Shown here one piece after another: positions 18,946 through 28,502 of a stretch of 64,000 nt of DNA. The translations under genes and the position numbers were made by a program. Within the stretch, counting starts at the first letter, position 1. Each line of letters begins with the position of its first letter. A model generated the notes under the pieces. That model was not told the origin of the DNA. It saw only the letters and a program-made list of their open reading frames with translations, and ran no database searches. Origin of the DNA: Myxococcota bacterium (GTDB taxonomy: Bacteria > Myxococcota_A > UBA9160 > UBA6930); contig OZ245015.1 in the NCBI GenBank assembly GCA_965223705.1, positions 3,296,001 through 3,360,000 on the forward strand. The letters are read 5' to 3'.

Positions 18946-19467
18946 ATGAGTTCCCGCTTCGCTTCCGCCACCGACTTCGACGCGATCCTGTCCACGATCA
19001 ACGATGCGGCCATCTCGTATCGCGGCGTCATTCCGGACGACTGTTGGCACGATCCGTACATGCCGGAAGACGAGCTGCGTCGCGAAATCGATTCCGGTGT
19101 GGTGTTCCGCGTCTTCGATCACGGGAACGGCATCGCCGGCGTCATGGGACTCCAAGACGTCGACGACGTCGTGCTCATTCGCCATGCCTACGTGAGGAGT
19201 CGCGCGCAGAGCGGCGGGATTGGCGCTGCTCTCCTAGCGGAATGGCGGCTTTCTACCGAAAAACCCATGCTGATCGGAACCTGGGCGGCGGCGCACCGCG
19301 CGGTAAAGTTCTACCGGCGTCACGGGTTCGAGCTCGTCGATCGGGATGAGAAAGACCGGCTGCTGCGCCGTTACTGGACGGTGCCAGAGCGCCAGATCGA
19401 CACGTCGGTCGTGCTGGCCGACGAGCGCTGGCGAGAACTCTCGAACCATCGTCGAAAGCTACGATGA
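18946..19467 (+). CDS. GNAT N-acetyltransferase
   Basis: INDAA..YRGVIP, HAYV..QSGGIG, AVKFYRRHGF. Confidence 0.85.
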   Translation: MSSRFASATDFDAILSTINDAAISYRGVIPDDCWHDPYMPEDELRREIDSGVVFRVFDHGNGIAGVMGLQDVDDVVLIRHAYVRSRAQSGGIGAALLAEWRLSTEKPMLIGTWAAAHRAVKFYRRHGFELVDRDEKDRLLRRYWTVPERQIDTSVVLADERWRELSNHRRKLR

Positions 19468-19555
19468 GCCGATCCATACGGACGTTTGCATAGGTATCGA
19501 GAGGGCCGGGATGCCTCGCGTCGAAAGCGGGATTACGCGATCGCGCAGGGGGTCC

Positions 19556-20431
19556 CTAGACCACGACGGTGCTCATCTGCCGCAGGAAGCGCCTGGCCTT
19601 GGGGTCGAAGCGATCCCGCGCGTGAAGCACTCCGAAGGAATCGAACAACACCATGTCGCCCGCACGCCACCGATGCGAGTAGATAAATTCGGCCCGTTCT
19701 TGGTGCTCGAACAGGGTATGGAGGAGCTCGTCGCTCTCGGCCTCCGCTAGCCCTTCGATGCGCGACGTCATGCCCCGACTCACGTAGAGCACGTCTCGAC
19801 CGGATTCGGGATGGCGGCGCACCATGGGATGCACTTGAGTCCAGTTGCCCCGTTGGCGACGCCCTTCGCGGCGGTGGCGCTCACGCTTCTTGTGGAGTTC
19901 CGCGCCGAGAAACTCCTGATCCTCCTGGGGGACGCTGCCGTCGATGTCATGAAATGCTTTGAGCTCGCGAACGCGTGCAGCCAACGCCGCCGGCAGACTC
20001 TCGAGAGCCGCGTAGGAATCACAGAAATGCGTGTCGCACGGAGCTTCGGGAATCACGAGCGCCTGGAGAAAGGTCTCCTTCGCAGTTTGCTCGAGATAGG
20101 AGTAGTCGTGGTGCCAACTGAGAGCGACCGAACTCGCGGTGCCGACCGGCTCGCCCCGCTCGTTCTGCTCGTTGGTAATCGGAATGATTTCTGGATGCGT
20201 TGAAACATCGCCGAAGATCTCCGCGCCCGGCGCGAGCCGCCCGAATGCTCGGCCGAAGCGCACGAACTCCTCCGCGCTCGGCGTTGCCTGCCCCCGGAAA
20301 ACCAGCACCAGATGTCGACGCAGTGCCCGCATCAGCAATTGCTTGGCGTCGGCGTCGAGAAATTCACCCGGTTCGAAGCCCTCGACACAGGCCCCTAGAG
20401 CTTCAGAAAGGGGATGGACTTCGAGGTTCAT
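19556..20431 (-). CDS. TauD/TfdA family Fe(II)/2OG dioxygenase
   Basis: WHHDYS (HxD), HPMVRRHPESGR, HRW..GD..FD..HAR. Confidence 0.9.
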   Translation of the reverse strand: MNLEVHPLSEALGACVEGFEPGEFLDADAKQLLMRALRRHLVLVFRGQATPSAEEFVRFGRAFGRLAPGAEIFGDVSTHPEIIPITNEQNERGEPVGTASSVALSWHHDYSYLEQTAKETFLQALVIPEAPCDTHFCDSYAALESLPAALAARVRELKAFHDIDGSVPQEDQEFLGAELHKKRERHRREGRRQRGNWTQVHPMVRRHPESGRDVLYVSRGMTSRIEGLAEAESDELLHTLFEHQERAEFIYSHRWRAGDMVLFDSFGVLHARDRFDPKARRFLRQMSTVVV

Positions 20432-20449
20432 CGCCGATCCCTCCACACG

Positions 20450-20917
20450 CTAAGACTTCTTGATGAAACTCACGAGCCCGCAGACGTCACCGGCGTCAGT
20501 GCGCGCGAGAGGCCCATCGGAGTAACTCGCATTGATGATGGTTCCGTCGCCCCTCATCACAAACTCGGTGGGTTGTACGATCTGGCGTCGCTCTTCCCAC
20601 CACGACCCGAGTTTCTCCCCGATCTCGCGACTGACACCCTGAGCGACCGGAAAAGACACCTCCCCGGCGACGTCTTCCGCGTGGTCACCCGTGTCGACAC
20701 TCCCAGCAAAGACGCTGATACCGAGCGCTTCGAGCTCGTCCTTCTTTTGTTCGAATGCGACCAACTGCCGCCGACAAAACGGTCACCAGTGGCCGCGATA
20801 CAAGAGCAGAACAGCGAAATCGGACTGGATGTCGTCCGGAAGCGTCAGCGAGCCACCGCCGACCAGGCCGAGTTCGATCTGCGGGAGCTTCTCACCCGCG
20901 CGTAGTTTCTCGCCCAT
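20450..20917 (-). CDS. selenocysteine-containing peroxiredoxin-like (AhpC/TSA) protein, UxxC
   Basis: ATG 20917 with GGGAGGG SD; reads ..LLYRGHW-TGA-PFCRRQL; TGA (20785-20783) is codon 45, in frame with the ORF-track fragment 20450..20764; 155 aa. Confidence 0.88.
20745..20782 (-). promoter_or_regulatory. bacterial SECIS-like hairpin
   Basis: After UGA: upper stem GCGGC/GUCGC with loop AGUUG starting at +17; lower stem UUUUGU/ACAAAA. Confidence 0.65.
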
Positions 20918-20931
20918 TCTCGATTCCCTCC

Positions 20932-23076
20932 CTAGCGGTAGTGGAGGATACGGTAAGCGTCGAGCTCCATCCGCTTGCCGGGGGGCACGACGACGGTCGT
21001 CATCGGATCGCGGATGATGGCCGGGCCCTCGACGGTATTCCCCGCTGCCAGCTCTTGCATCTCGTAAACGCGGAACGGTGTAAAGGCGCCGCGGTGATAG
21101 ACCTCTCGGGTCCCGACGTAAGCCGAGTCTTTCGGCGTCGCGCCCTCGAGCGGAAGCTCGCGTAGGATCGGCTGCGGCTTCGGAGCGATGGCTTCGAGAT
21201 GAATCGCGGTGAGCGAATAGCCGGCGTCCGGAAAGCGCGCGCCTTCGGGGTAGAGCTTGCGATACATCGTCTCGAACGCTGCAATCATCCGGTCGATGTC
21301 AGCTCGACTCTTCATCTCGCCAAAATCGAGCCGCGTCTCAAAGCTCTCCAACTGCCCGATATAGCGCGCCGAGACGCCGTAGCGGAACGTGACCTTCGAG
21401 GTATCCACCTCCTCTCGTGCCATCTCCTCCCGCGCTTCATCCTCGAGCTCACGCCAAGTCCCATCGATTTCCCGAGCCGCCGCGGCACTCGCTTCGTCGC
21501 TCATCCCGTTTGGCAACAACATGCGAGAACCGCGGTCGTAGCGATGCATGTACTCGGCGCACGCCGCGCCGAAGGCGGAGAAACCCGCCGCCCAGGGCAA
21601 CGTGATGACATCGGCGAAGTCGATGCCCTCGGCGAACCCCCACATGTGCACCGGGCCGGCGCCCCCGTAGTAGAGCATCGTAAACTCTCGTGTGTCGTAG
21701 CCCTTCGATGCGACCATGGTCCGCAGCAGGTCTCCCATCTCGGCGTTCACGATGTCGAGGACACCGGCACCGGCTTGGTACACGTCGAGATCGAGAGGTT
21801 TGGCGACGCATTCTTCGAGAGCGGCGAGCGCGCGCTCCCGGTCGAGCTTCACGTGGCCGCCGAGAAAATAATCGGGATCGACATACCCGAGCGCGACGTT
21901 GATATCGGTGACAGTCAGTCGGTCGAACTCGTAGCAAATGCCGACCTTGGCTCCGGCACTGTCGGGGCCGACATGCAGGCGCTTGTATTCGTCCACGGAA
22001 ACCACGGAACCCGCCCCGCTTCCGACGGAGTCGATCTCCACCATCGGCAGCGCCAGACGGTGTCCCGCGATGTCCGCGCTTTTCGTAATGCCCATTCTTC
22101 GATCGATGAGCAGACCCACATCGAAACTCGTTCCACCCATGTCGGCGGTTACGAGATTGTCGAGCTCGAGCTTCTCGGCGATGAACTGAGCGCCGATCAG
22201 ACCGCCGATGGGTCCGGAAATCATTGTCTCGTAGAGACGCGGGTATTCCATATTGACCGCGCCACCGTACGATAACAGCGTCAACAGTCGCCCGGCGTAG
22301 CCGCGCCCCTTCGCCTCGGTTTCGACACTGAGAAGCGACTCGCGTACCTGTTCTGCAGCGAAACACTGAAACAGAAGACTCTTGAGTCGGTTGTTCTCTT
22401 TGGCGACCGGAGCCACGTCCGCGGAACAAACAACGGGAAGCGATCGGCCGCTCTCGGCCAGAACTTCTTCAACGATCTCTTTCGCGCGGTGTTCGTGTTC
22501 GGGGTTGACAAAGGAATAGACGAAGAGGATTCCGATCACCTCGACCCCGCGTTCGATGAGAGTCCTCGCCCCCTCGCGAACGTGCTCTTCGTTGAGCGGG
22601 ATGAGCGCGTGGCCCGCCGGGAGATGGATGTTTCCCTGATAACAACCCCCGCCGATGCGCTCGGAAACCCCGACGACATCGCCCGGGTCGACGAGCGGCA
22701 CGGTGTGGCGATGCAGCTGCTGATGAAGCGCTTCCGCTTGGCTCTGACCCAAGTAGGTCAAGCCTCCCTCCATCACCGTGATGTCCTCGAAGCCGCGGGT
22801 CACTAGAAGACCGACGCGTCGCCCCTGCCCCGTGAGCACGGTGTTGAGCATCCCCGTACCGCAGTAGATGTCCGCACCGCAGGCGGCATGAACCGCTTCG
22901 GAACTCATTCCGATCGATTGCGCCGCATCAGCTACGGAATCCCGGTAACTGCGGGGCTCGTCATCTTTCCGCGTAATCGACTTGCCGACCGTAAAACTGC
23001 CGTCCGGCAGTACGAGAATGGCGTCGGTCATGGTACCGCCCGCGTCCAGGGCGAGGATGTACTTCCGGTCGGGCAT
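20932..23076 (-). CDS. acetone carboxylase beta-like subunit (hydantoinase A/oxoprolinase family)
   Basis: DAGGTMTD, SGPIGG, DMGGTSFD, GSGAGS, YGGAGPVH; start at ATG 23076. Confidence 0.88.
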   Translation of the reverse strand: MPDRKYILALDAGGTMTDAILVLPDGSFTVGKSITRKDDEPRSYRDSVADAAQSIGMSSEAVHAACGADIYCGTGMLNTVLTGQGRRVGLLVTRGFEDITVMEGGLTYLGQSQAEALHQQLHRHTVPLVDPGDVVGVSERIGGGCYQGNIHLPAGHALIPLNEEHVREGARTLIERGVEVIGILFVYSFVNPEHEHRAKEIVEEVLAESGRSLPVVCSADVAPVAKENNRLKSLLFQCFAAEQVRESLLSVETEAKGRGYAGRLLTLLSYGGAVNMEYPRLYETMISGPIGGLIGAQFIAEKLELDNLVTADMGGTSFDVGLLIDRRMGITKSADIAGHRLALPMVEIDSVGSGAGSVVSVDEYKRLHVGPDSAGAKVGICYEFDRLTVTDINVALGYVDPDYFLGGHVKLDRERALAALEECVAKPLDLDVYQAGAGVLDIVNAEMGDLLRTMVASKGYDTREFTMLYYGGAGPVHMWGFAEGIDFADVITLPWAAGFSAFGAACAEYMHRYDRGSRMLLPNGMSDEASAAAAREIDGTWRELEDEAREEMAREEVDTSKVTFRYGVSARYIGQLESFETRLDFGEMKSRADIDRMIAAFETMYRKLYPEGARFPDAGYSLTAIHLEAIAPKPQPILRELPLEGATPKDSAYVGTREVYHRGAFTPFRVYEMQELAAGNTVEGPAIIRDPMTTVVVPPGKRMELDAYRILHYR

Positions 23077-23111
23077 AGAGGGGGCGCCTCGGCTTGATTG
23101 TGGGAAGGGGC

Positions 23112-23681
23112 TTACCGGCGCTCGGCCCAAGCGCGGGTCTGTTCCGCGCTCGCGTCCCGGTACCAATCCGGGGATTCATCGGGGAGCGGCTCGCCCAAAT
23201 ATTCGCGATAGAAAAGGTCGAGGTCGGGCAACATCTCGAACACCACCGGATAACCGGGCGCCACCACCTCTACCGCGAGTTGTGTAACACAGTCGGGGCA
23301 GAAGAATTCGCGGATCTCTTGCCAGCCCGCTTCGGGCACCGCGGGCGCGGGGTCGTAGACCGCGCTCATCTCTTCCGTCGTTCGGCGCGTCCGGACGCGA
23401 CACCCGAGCTTCCAGTTCTTGCGATAGTCGCCGAAGGAGTGACCGCACTCGCACTTCGTGACGCGCTGGCCCGCGTCGTCTCGCACGATGTAGAGCTTGT
23501 CGGCGAGTCGCAGGAGGATCGTGTCCTCCCAGGAGACGCGCTCTTGCAGTACCTCGAGGTACTTCCAAAAGCGGTCGCGATCCTTACGCTCCATCTTGAG
23601 GAGTCGGTTGGCGTCCTGCGGGTCGATGGTGCCGTCGACCAGCTGCTTCACCAGGCCCTTGTCGACTTCTTGATCGGCCAC
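23112..23681 (-). CDS. acetone carboxylase gamma-like subunit
   Basis: Zn ligands KCECGH..NWK and REFFCPDC..EVVAPGYP..PDLDLFY. Confidence 0.9.
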   Translation of the reverse strand: MADQEVDKGLVKQLVDGTIDPQDANRLLKMERKDRDRFWKYLEVLQERVSWEDTILLRLADKLYIVRDDAGQRVTKCECGHSFGDYRKNWKLGCRVRTRRTTEEMSAVYDPAPAVPEAGWQEIREFFCPDCVTQLAVEVVAPGYPVVFEMLPDLDLFYREYLGEPLPDESPDWYRDASAEQTRAWAERR

Positions 23682-25924
23682 TACGCGTCACCCACGGGCT
23701 CGAACGCGAAGTCGTCGTCCACCTGCCAAAAGCCGCGGAACTCGCGATCGAACTTGTCGAAGGACAAGCTCTGCTCGTACATCTCGTGAACTTCGGGCAC
23801 GAAATTCTTCGCGATAACGCGCTGACGCTCTTCGGCCCACCACTCGTCGGCAGGCCGCGACTCGGCCAGGCGCTCGTCGCGGAGCCTCGCGCGCTCTTCC
23901 CGCGTCGCCTTCGCGTCGAGCTGCCACGCACCCTTTTCGTCCCGACGCGCGACGACGCCGTGCATCGCGCGCACGAACTCGTACTTCGGGGTCATCCCCT
24001 CGTTCAAGTCTTGGATCACCGATGCGGGATCGCGCTCCAGCGGATCGCCCCATCCCCCGGCGGCGCCGGCGGCGTCGACGAAAAGATCGTTGTCCTTGAG
24101 CGCGAGCTCCGGGCAATCGGTCTTCCAGATTTCGAGGTTCCCCACCTCCAGGCGCCCGTCGTCGACCATCTCCAGCAGATCTCGCGCGTCGCGGGGAGTC
24201 TCGCCACTCTCGAGCAGCGTGCCCAAGTTCGTGTCTCGGGCTGAGATCATGAAACAGCCCGGCGCGGGGTACGCGCCGCTCATACCGAGGCCCACTGCCG
24301 CGGTGCAAGACAGCCCGCCGTTCGGCCGGGTGAGCGCGATATGGCGCCCCGGCTCGACGCACCAGTGGACGGCCGAATTGCCCGGGCCGCCCCGGTACTT
24401 CCCGTACCCGAAGTAGCCCTTGAGAAGCTTGCGACCCAGGTAAAAGAGCGGCGGAATCGTGCTCTCGAACTCTTCGGCATCACCGATGGTCGCGAGCTGC
24501 GACCAGGCTGCCCAGACGAGCGGCTCGCCGTCGCGGTAACAGAACGCTCCCCGCCCCGTGCCGCCCAACCACTCGAAGTTGGTAAAGCCGTAGGCCGTGC
24601 CGTCTGCGGCGGTGCCGGCGCCCTGAAACGCGCCCCAGCAACCGTCGACGGTGAACGCCTCCTCGAGGTAGCCGCGGGAGAACATCGCCCGGGAGACCGC
24701 GCCGAACCCGATGCTGTTGATCGACACGGTCTGGGCCCAGAGGTTCGCGTTGCTCGCAAATTCATTGTCGGGGTTGTAGATACTGCCCTTCGGATAGTGG
24801 CGCTTGATCGCCAGGTCGATCCCGCCCGTCACTTTCGTGTTATGTGAGAACGAGTTGATCATGCCGAGGAACACCGCGCAGTCGACACCACCGGGGGTGG
24901 CGTTGTAGGAGTGGTAGCCCCAGCGCGAGCTGCCTTCGGTGTCGAGCAGCAGGCCATCCTGCCCCGGCTCGACCGAACCGCGCACGTGAATCAGCGTGTT
25001 CTTGTTCGCGTGGGACCAGACATTCTGCAGGCCTTCGTATTTCACCAACCGGAAAGCACAACCGTTGTAGGTCCCCGGTACGGTGGTCTCGCGAATGTTG
25101 TCGACGACGCGCCGGCGGCTCTCTTCGACGATCTCACGAATCGCGCGCTTGTAGTAGTCGAGCCCGAACTCTTCGATGAGCTTGTGGGTCGCCTCGTGGA
25201 TCATGGTGCAGCCCGCAAGGCGCATCTTGTCGTCCAAGATGTTCATCGTGGCGGCGCGGGTGCGCCGCTCCCACAACGCCTTCCACCAGGCGGCTTGCTG
25301 AAGGTTCTTCCCCGTCTTCATCGGGGGACACACGAAGCCGTCCATAAACGTGTCGACCGAGAACGTCGCCCAACTGCCGGCGACCGGTGCACCGTTTTCC
25401 ATCAGGTGATTGATGCCGACCGACCAGGCCACGACTTCGCCTTCAATGACGATGGGTACGAACGTGTAAAAGTCGCCTGGGTGGGGAACACCACCGGTCA
25501 GACCGTCGGACACGGCGTAGACATCGCCGTCGTCGATGCCGTCTTTCAGGTCGTAGTCGTTGTCCGCCATGTAGCGGATGGCGACCGGAAGGATCGCCGT
25601 GTGCGAGAGGAAACCGAGCGACACCGCGAGCGCATCGCCTTCGGGTGTGGCCAGCCCCCAGAGCACCTCGCCCATCTCACGAGAGCCGGGGCTCGCAGCG
25701 ACAAAGCGAGCGGACTCGCGAGCCGCGAGCACGGCCGAGTGGATCTTGGAGTAGAAGCGCTCGTATCGGATCGGGTCGGAGTCGCGAAGGGAGAGCTCCT
25801 CGACTCCGTAGTAGTGGCCGGTCTCGTTCGTCAGTGAGTCCCGCCGCTCGAGCTGTTCCCGTAGCGTGGGTCGCACCGGTTCCGGGTCGGCTATCGAGGT
25901 CGGCTCGTGAGCGATCATGGCCAT
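23681..25924 (-). CDS. acetone carboxylase alpha-like subunit (hydantoinase B/oxoprolinase family)
   Basis: ASPGSREMGE, HPGD (HxxD) plus NHLME metal ligands, GKYRGG, GGWGDPLERD. Confidence 0.88.
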   Translation of the reverse strand: MAMIAHEPTSIADPEPVRPTLREQLERRDSLTNETGHYYGVEELSLRDSDPIRYERFYSKIHSAVLAARESARFVAASPGSREMGEVLWGLATPEGDALAVSLGFLSHTAILPVAIRYMADNDYDLKDGIDDGDVYAVSDGLTGGVPHPGDFYTFVPIVIEGEVVAWSVGINHLMENGAPVAGSWATFSVDTFMDGFVCPPMKTGKNLQQAAWWKALWERRTRAATMNILDDKMRLAGCTMIHEATHKLIEEFGLDYYKRAIREIVEESRRRVVDNIRETTVPGTYNGCAFRLVKYEGLQNVWSHANKNTLIHVRGSVEPGQDGLLLDTEGSSRWGYHSYNATPGGVDCAVFLGMINSFSHNTKVTGGIDLAIKRHYPKGSIYNPDNEFASNANLWAQTVSINSIGFGAVSRAMFSRGYLEEAFTVDGCWGAFQGAGTAADGTAYGFTNFEWLGGTGRGAFCYRDGEPLVWAAWSQLATIGDAEEFESTIPPLFYLGRKLLKGYFGYGKYRGGPGNSAVHWCVEPGRHIALTRPNGGLSCTAAVGLGMSGAYPAPGCFMISARDTNLGTLLESGETPRDARDLLEMVDDGRLEVGNLEIWKTDCPELALKDNDLFVDAAGAAGGWGDPLERDPASVIQDLNEGMTPKYEFVRAMHGVVARRDEKGAWQLDAKATREERARLRDERLAESRPADEWWAEERQRVIAKNFVPEVHEMYEQSLSFDKFDREFRGFWQVDDDFAFEPVGDA

Positions 25925-26071
25925 CGGAAAACCCTCTCTCGTCCTCTACCAAACATTGTGAAACAGGCTCTACGGGGGCGCGAGGGTAGCATACGGCCAC
26001 CTTCGTCGGTCCCTGATCCTCGCTATCTTGTAGGGCTCAAACCAGGACCGCACTGGGGAGGATTCCGTCGA

Positions 26072-26644
26072 ATGAAACGAAGCATGACCAAGGAGGAGAT
26101 CGAAGAACGGACCGCTCGTTACACCGATCTCGAGCCGATGAACGTCCCGATCGACCGCGAGGTCGTTTCTCAGGACGCAATGGACGTGATCTTTGCCCGC
26201 ACGATCATGCCGGTCATCATGGAGCGTACGAAGAATCCGTTTGGCGACACCGGCGCAATCTATGGTGCGAACGGCATGACCATGAATATCTCCGTGCTTC
26301 CGCCGAGCCAGGGCCCCTGCCTGCACGCCCACAACGCCACGTTTGAAACTTTCGTCGTCCTCGAAGGGAAAATCACGTTCCGGGTCGGAGACCCCGGCGA
26401 GGAAGAGCAGGTGACGCTTCAACGGTGGGACAGTTTCAGTTGCCCGCCTGAGGTCTACCGCGGATTCACCAATGCGAGCGATACGGATCAGGCCGTGCTT
26501 TTGACCGTGATCAACGGCGACCCCGACGCGCGAGACGACGTGAACGTTCCAGCCGCTATCACGGAGCAGCTTCGGCGCGATCACGGAGAGCCCGTCGTCG
26601 AGGCGTTTCGGGCGATCGCGAGCCTTCCCGACGCGGAAGCGTAG
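26072..26644 (+). CDS. cupin-domain protein
   Basis: GPCLHAHNATFETF..YRGF; GGAGG SD before ATG 26072. Confidence 0.8.
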   Translation: MKRSMTKEEIEERTARYTDLEPMNVPIDREVVSQDAMDVIFARTIMPVIMERTKNPFGDTGAIYGANGMTMNISVLPPSQGPCLHAHNATFETFVVLEGKITFRVGDPGEEEQVTLQRWDSFSCPPEVYRGFTNASDTDQAVLLTVINGDPDARDDVNVPAAITEQLRRDHGEPVVEAFRAIASLPDAEA

Positions 26645-26654
26645 GATCGCCCCG

Positions 26655-27458
26655 ATGTCCGAGACCGTGCTGTACGAAAAAGTGGGGCCTGTGGCTCGGA
26701 TCACGAAAAACCGCCCCCGCTACAGGAACGCGCAATCGCGCGTTCTTCTCGAGGAACTCGACGCGGCGTTCGGCGAGGCCATGCGCGACGAGGACATCCG
26801 CGTCGCCGTAGTCTTCGGTGCGGGCGACCATTGGTCCTCGGGCCACGACCTGGGCACTCCGGATGAAATGGCCGACCGAAAAGAACGGCCTTACCCGCCC
26901 GGTGTCGTCGGCCACCATCAGCGCAGTTGGGACTGGAACGTTGAGAACACGATGCGTTGGCGCGATCTTCCGAAGCCGACGATCGCCGCCGTCCAAGGGA
27001 TGTGCATCTACGGCGGGTTCATGGTGGCGTCAGCGATGGACCTCATCGTGGCAGCAGACGACGCGAAGTTTCTCCCGTTTCTGCTGCAGTACCAGTCGAC
27101 CCCTTGGGATATCGGCGCACGGCGGACCAAGGATCTCTTGTGGGAGCAAGGTCACCTGACCGCCGCGGAAGCGCACAACCTCGGTTTCGTTTCGGAAATC
27201 TGCACATCGGCAGAGCTCGAATCGGTCGCCATGGCGAAAGCCGAGCGAATCGCCAGCCTTCACCCTCTGGCCGCGCAAATGATCAAGCGGCAGGTCAATG
27301 AAGCGCAGGATGCCATGGGCTTTCGGTTGGCGATCTCAGCCGGGCATTCCGCCTACATGGTCGCGAATTTGGGACACGTGTTCTTCGACCGCGACAACCC
27401 GTTCGGCTCCCGCAAGAAGATGCCGTGGGTACAAAACTCGAAATCAAGCGACGAGTGA
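26655..27458 (+). CDS. enoyl-CoA hydratase/isomerase (crotonase) family protein
   Basis: NRPRYRNAQ, SSGHDL, PKPTIAAVQG..GG, DLIVAADDA. Confidence 0.88.
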   Translation: MSETVLYEKVGPVARITKNRPRYRNAQSRVLLEELDAAFGEAMRDEDIRVAVVFGAGDHWSSGHDLGTPDEMADRKERPYPPGVVGHHQRSWDWNVENTMRWRDLPKPTIAAVQGMCIYGGFMVASAMDLIVAADDAKFLPFLLQYQSTPWDIGARRTKDLLWEQGHLTAAEAHNLGFVSEICTSAELESVAMAKAERIASLHPLAAQMIKRQVNEAQDAMGFRLAISAGHSAYMVANLGHVFFDRDNPFGSRKKMPWVQNSKSSDE

Positions 27459-27513
27459 CGCCAACTGCGAGAAACCGTCGGATGCCGCTACACCCCGCCG
27501 GATCGGTGCCGCG

Positions 27514-28392
27514 CTACGCGTCGCCTTCCGCGGGGAGCTTATCCGCTGTACGGGTTTCGAAATCGCTCGCGTCGTGTCGCTCCGGTAATTGGGACTCCGG
27601 TTTCCCCCAAACGCGGTTCACCATGCGTCCTCGCTTCACGGCCGGGCGCTCGGCGATCGCTTGCGTCCAGCGTTGGACGTGCGTGTAGCTCTCCGCCTCG
27701 ATGAACTCGCCGGCTTCGTAGAGAAGCCCCTCGACGAGCGCCCCGTACCAGGGCCAGATCGCCATATCGGCGATCGAGTAGTCCGCACCGGCGATGAACG
27801 GGTTGTCTGCAAGACGCCGATCCAACACGTCGAGCTGGCGCTTCACTTCCATGGTGAAGCGGTCAATGGCGTACTCGATCTTCTCGGGTGCGTACGCGTA
27901 GAAGTGGCCGAAACCACCTCCGAGGTAGGGTGCGCTGCCCATTTGCCAAAAGAGCCAGCTCAGACACTCGGCGCGCTGCGACGGCTCGCTGGGCAGGAAC
28001 GCGCCGAACTTTTCGGCCAGGTAGAGAAGAATCGCCCCCGACTCGAACACGCGCGTCGGGGGGTCGGTGCTGTGATCGACCATCGCGGGGATCTTGGAGT
28101 TCGGGTTTGCCGCCACGAAGCCACTGCCGAACTGGTCACCGTCATTGATCTTGATCAGGAACGCGTCGTATTCCGCGCCGTTGTGCCCCAACGCGAGGAG
28201 CTCCTCGAGCATCACGGTGACCTTGACGCCGTTCGGCGTTCCGAGGGAGTAGAGCTGCAGCGGATGCTTCCCCACCGGCAGCTCCTTCTCGTGCGTCGCT
28301 CCCGCGATCGGGCGATTGATATTCGCGAAACGACCACCGCTCCCAGATTGCCATTTCCATACTTTGGGCGGCGTGTAGGACGTCTCGGTCAT
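27514..28392 (-). CDS. yghU: glutathione-dependent disulfide-bond oxidoreductase
   Basis: YTPPKVWKW, NRPIAGA, LYSLGTPNGVK, NPNSKIPA, GGGFGHFYAYAP, ERHDASDF. Confidence 0.95.
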   Translation of the reverse strand: MTETSYTPPKVWKWQSGSGGRFANINRPIAGATHEKELPVGKHPLQLYSLGTPNGVKVTVMLEELLALGHNGAEYDAFLIKINDGDQFGSGFVAANPNSKIPAMVDHSTDPPTRVFESGAILLYLAEKFGAFLPSEPSQRAECLSWLFWQMGSAPYLGGGFGHFYAYAPEKIEYAIDRFTMEVKRQLDVLDRRLADNPFIAGADYSIADMAIWPWYGALVEGLLYEAGEFIEAESYTHVQRWTQAIAERPAVKRGRMVNRVWGKPESQLPERHDASDFETRTADKLPAEGDA

Positions 28393-28502
28393 GAAAACTC
28401 CTCGGGAAGGGGTGGTCGGGCGAGTAACGAACGGCTGATCCGGTTCGTATGAAAGGTACCATGCACCCTCACGTGGGCAGAGACCTAGTTGGAGCCAAGA
28501 AC

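Noticed and set aside
25925..26071. Sigma-54 promoter for the carboxylase operon (TGGCCGTATGCT on the minus strand)
   Set aside because: GG-to-GC spacing is 6 nt, not the required 10.
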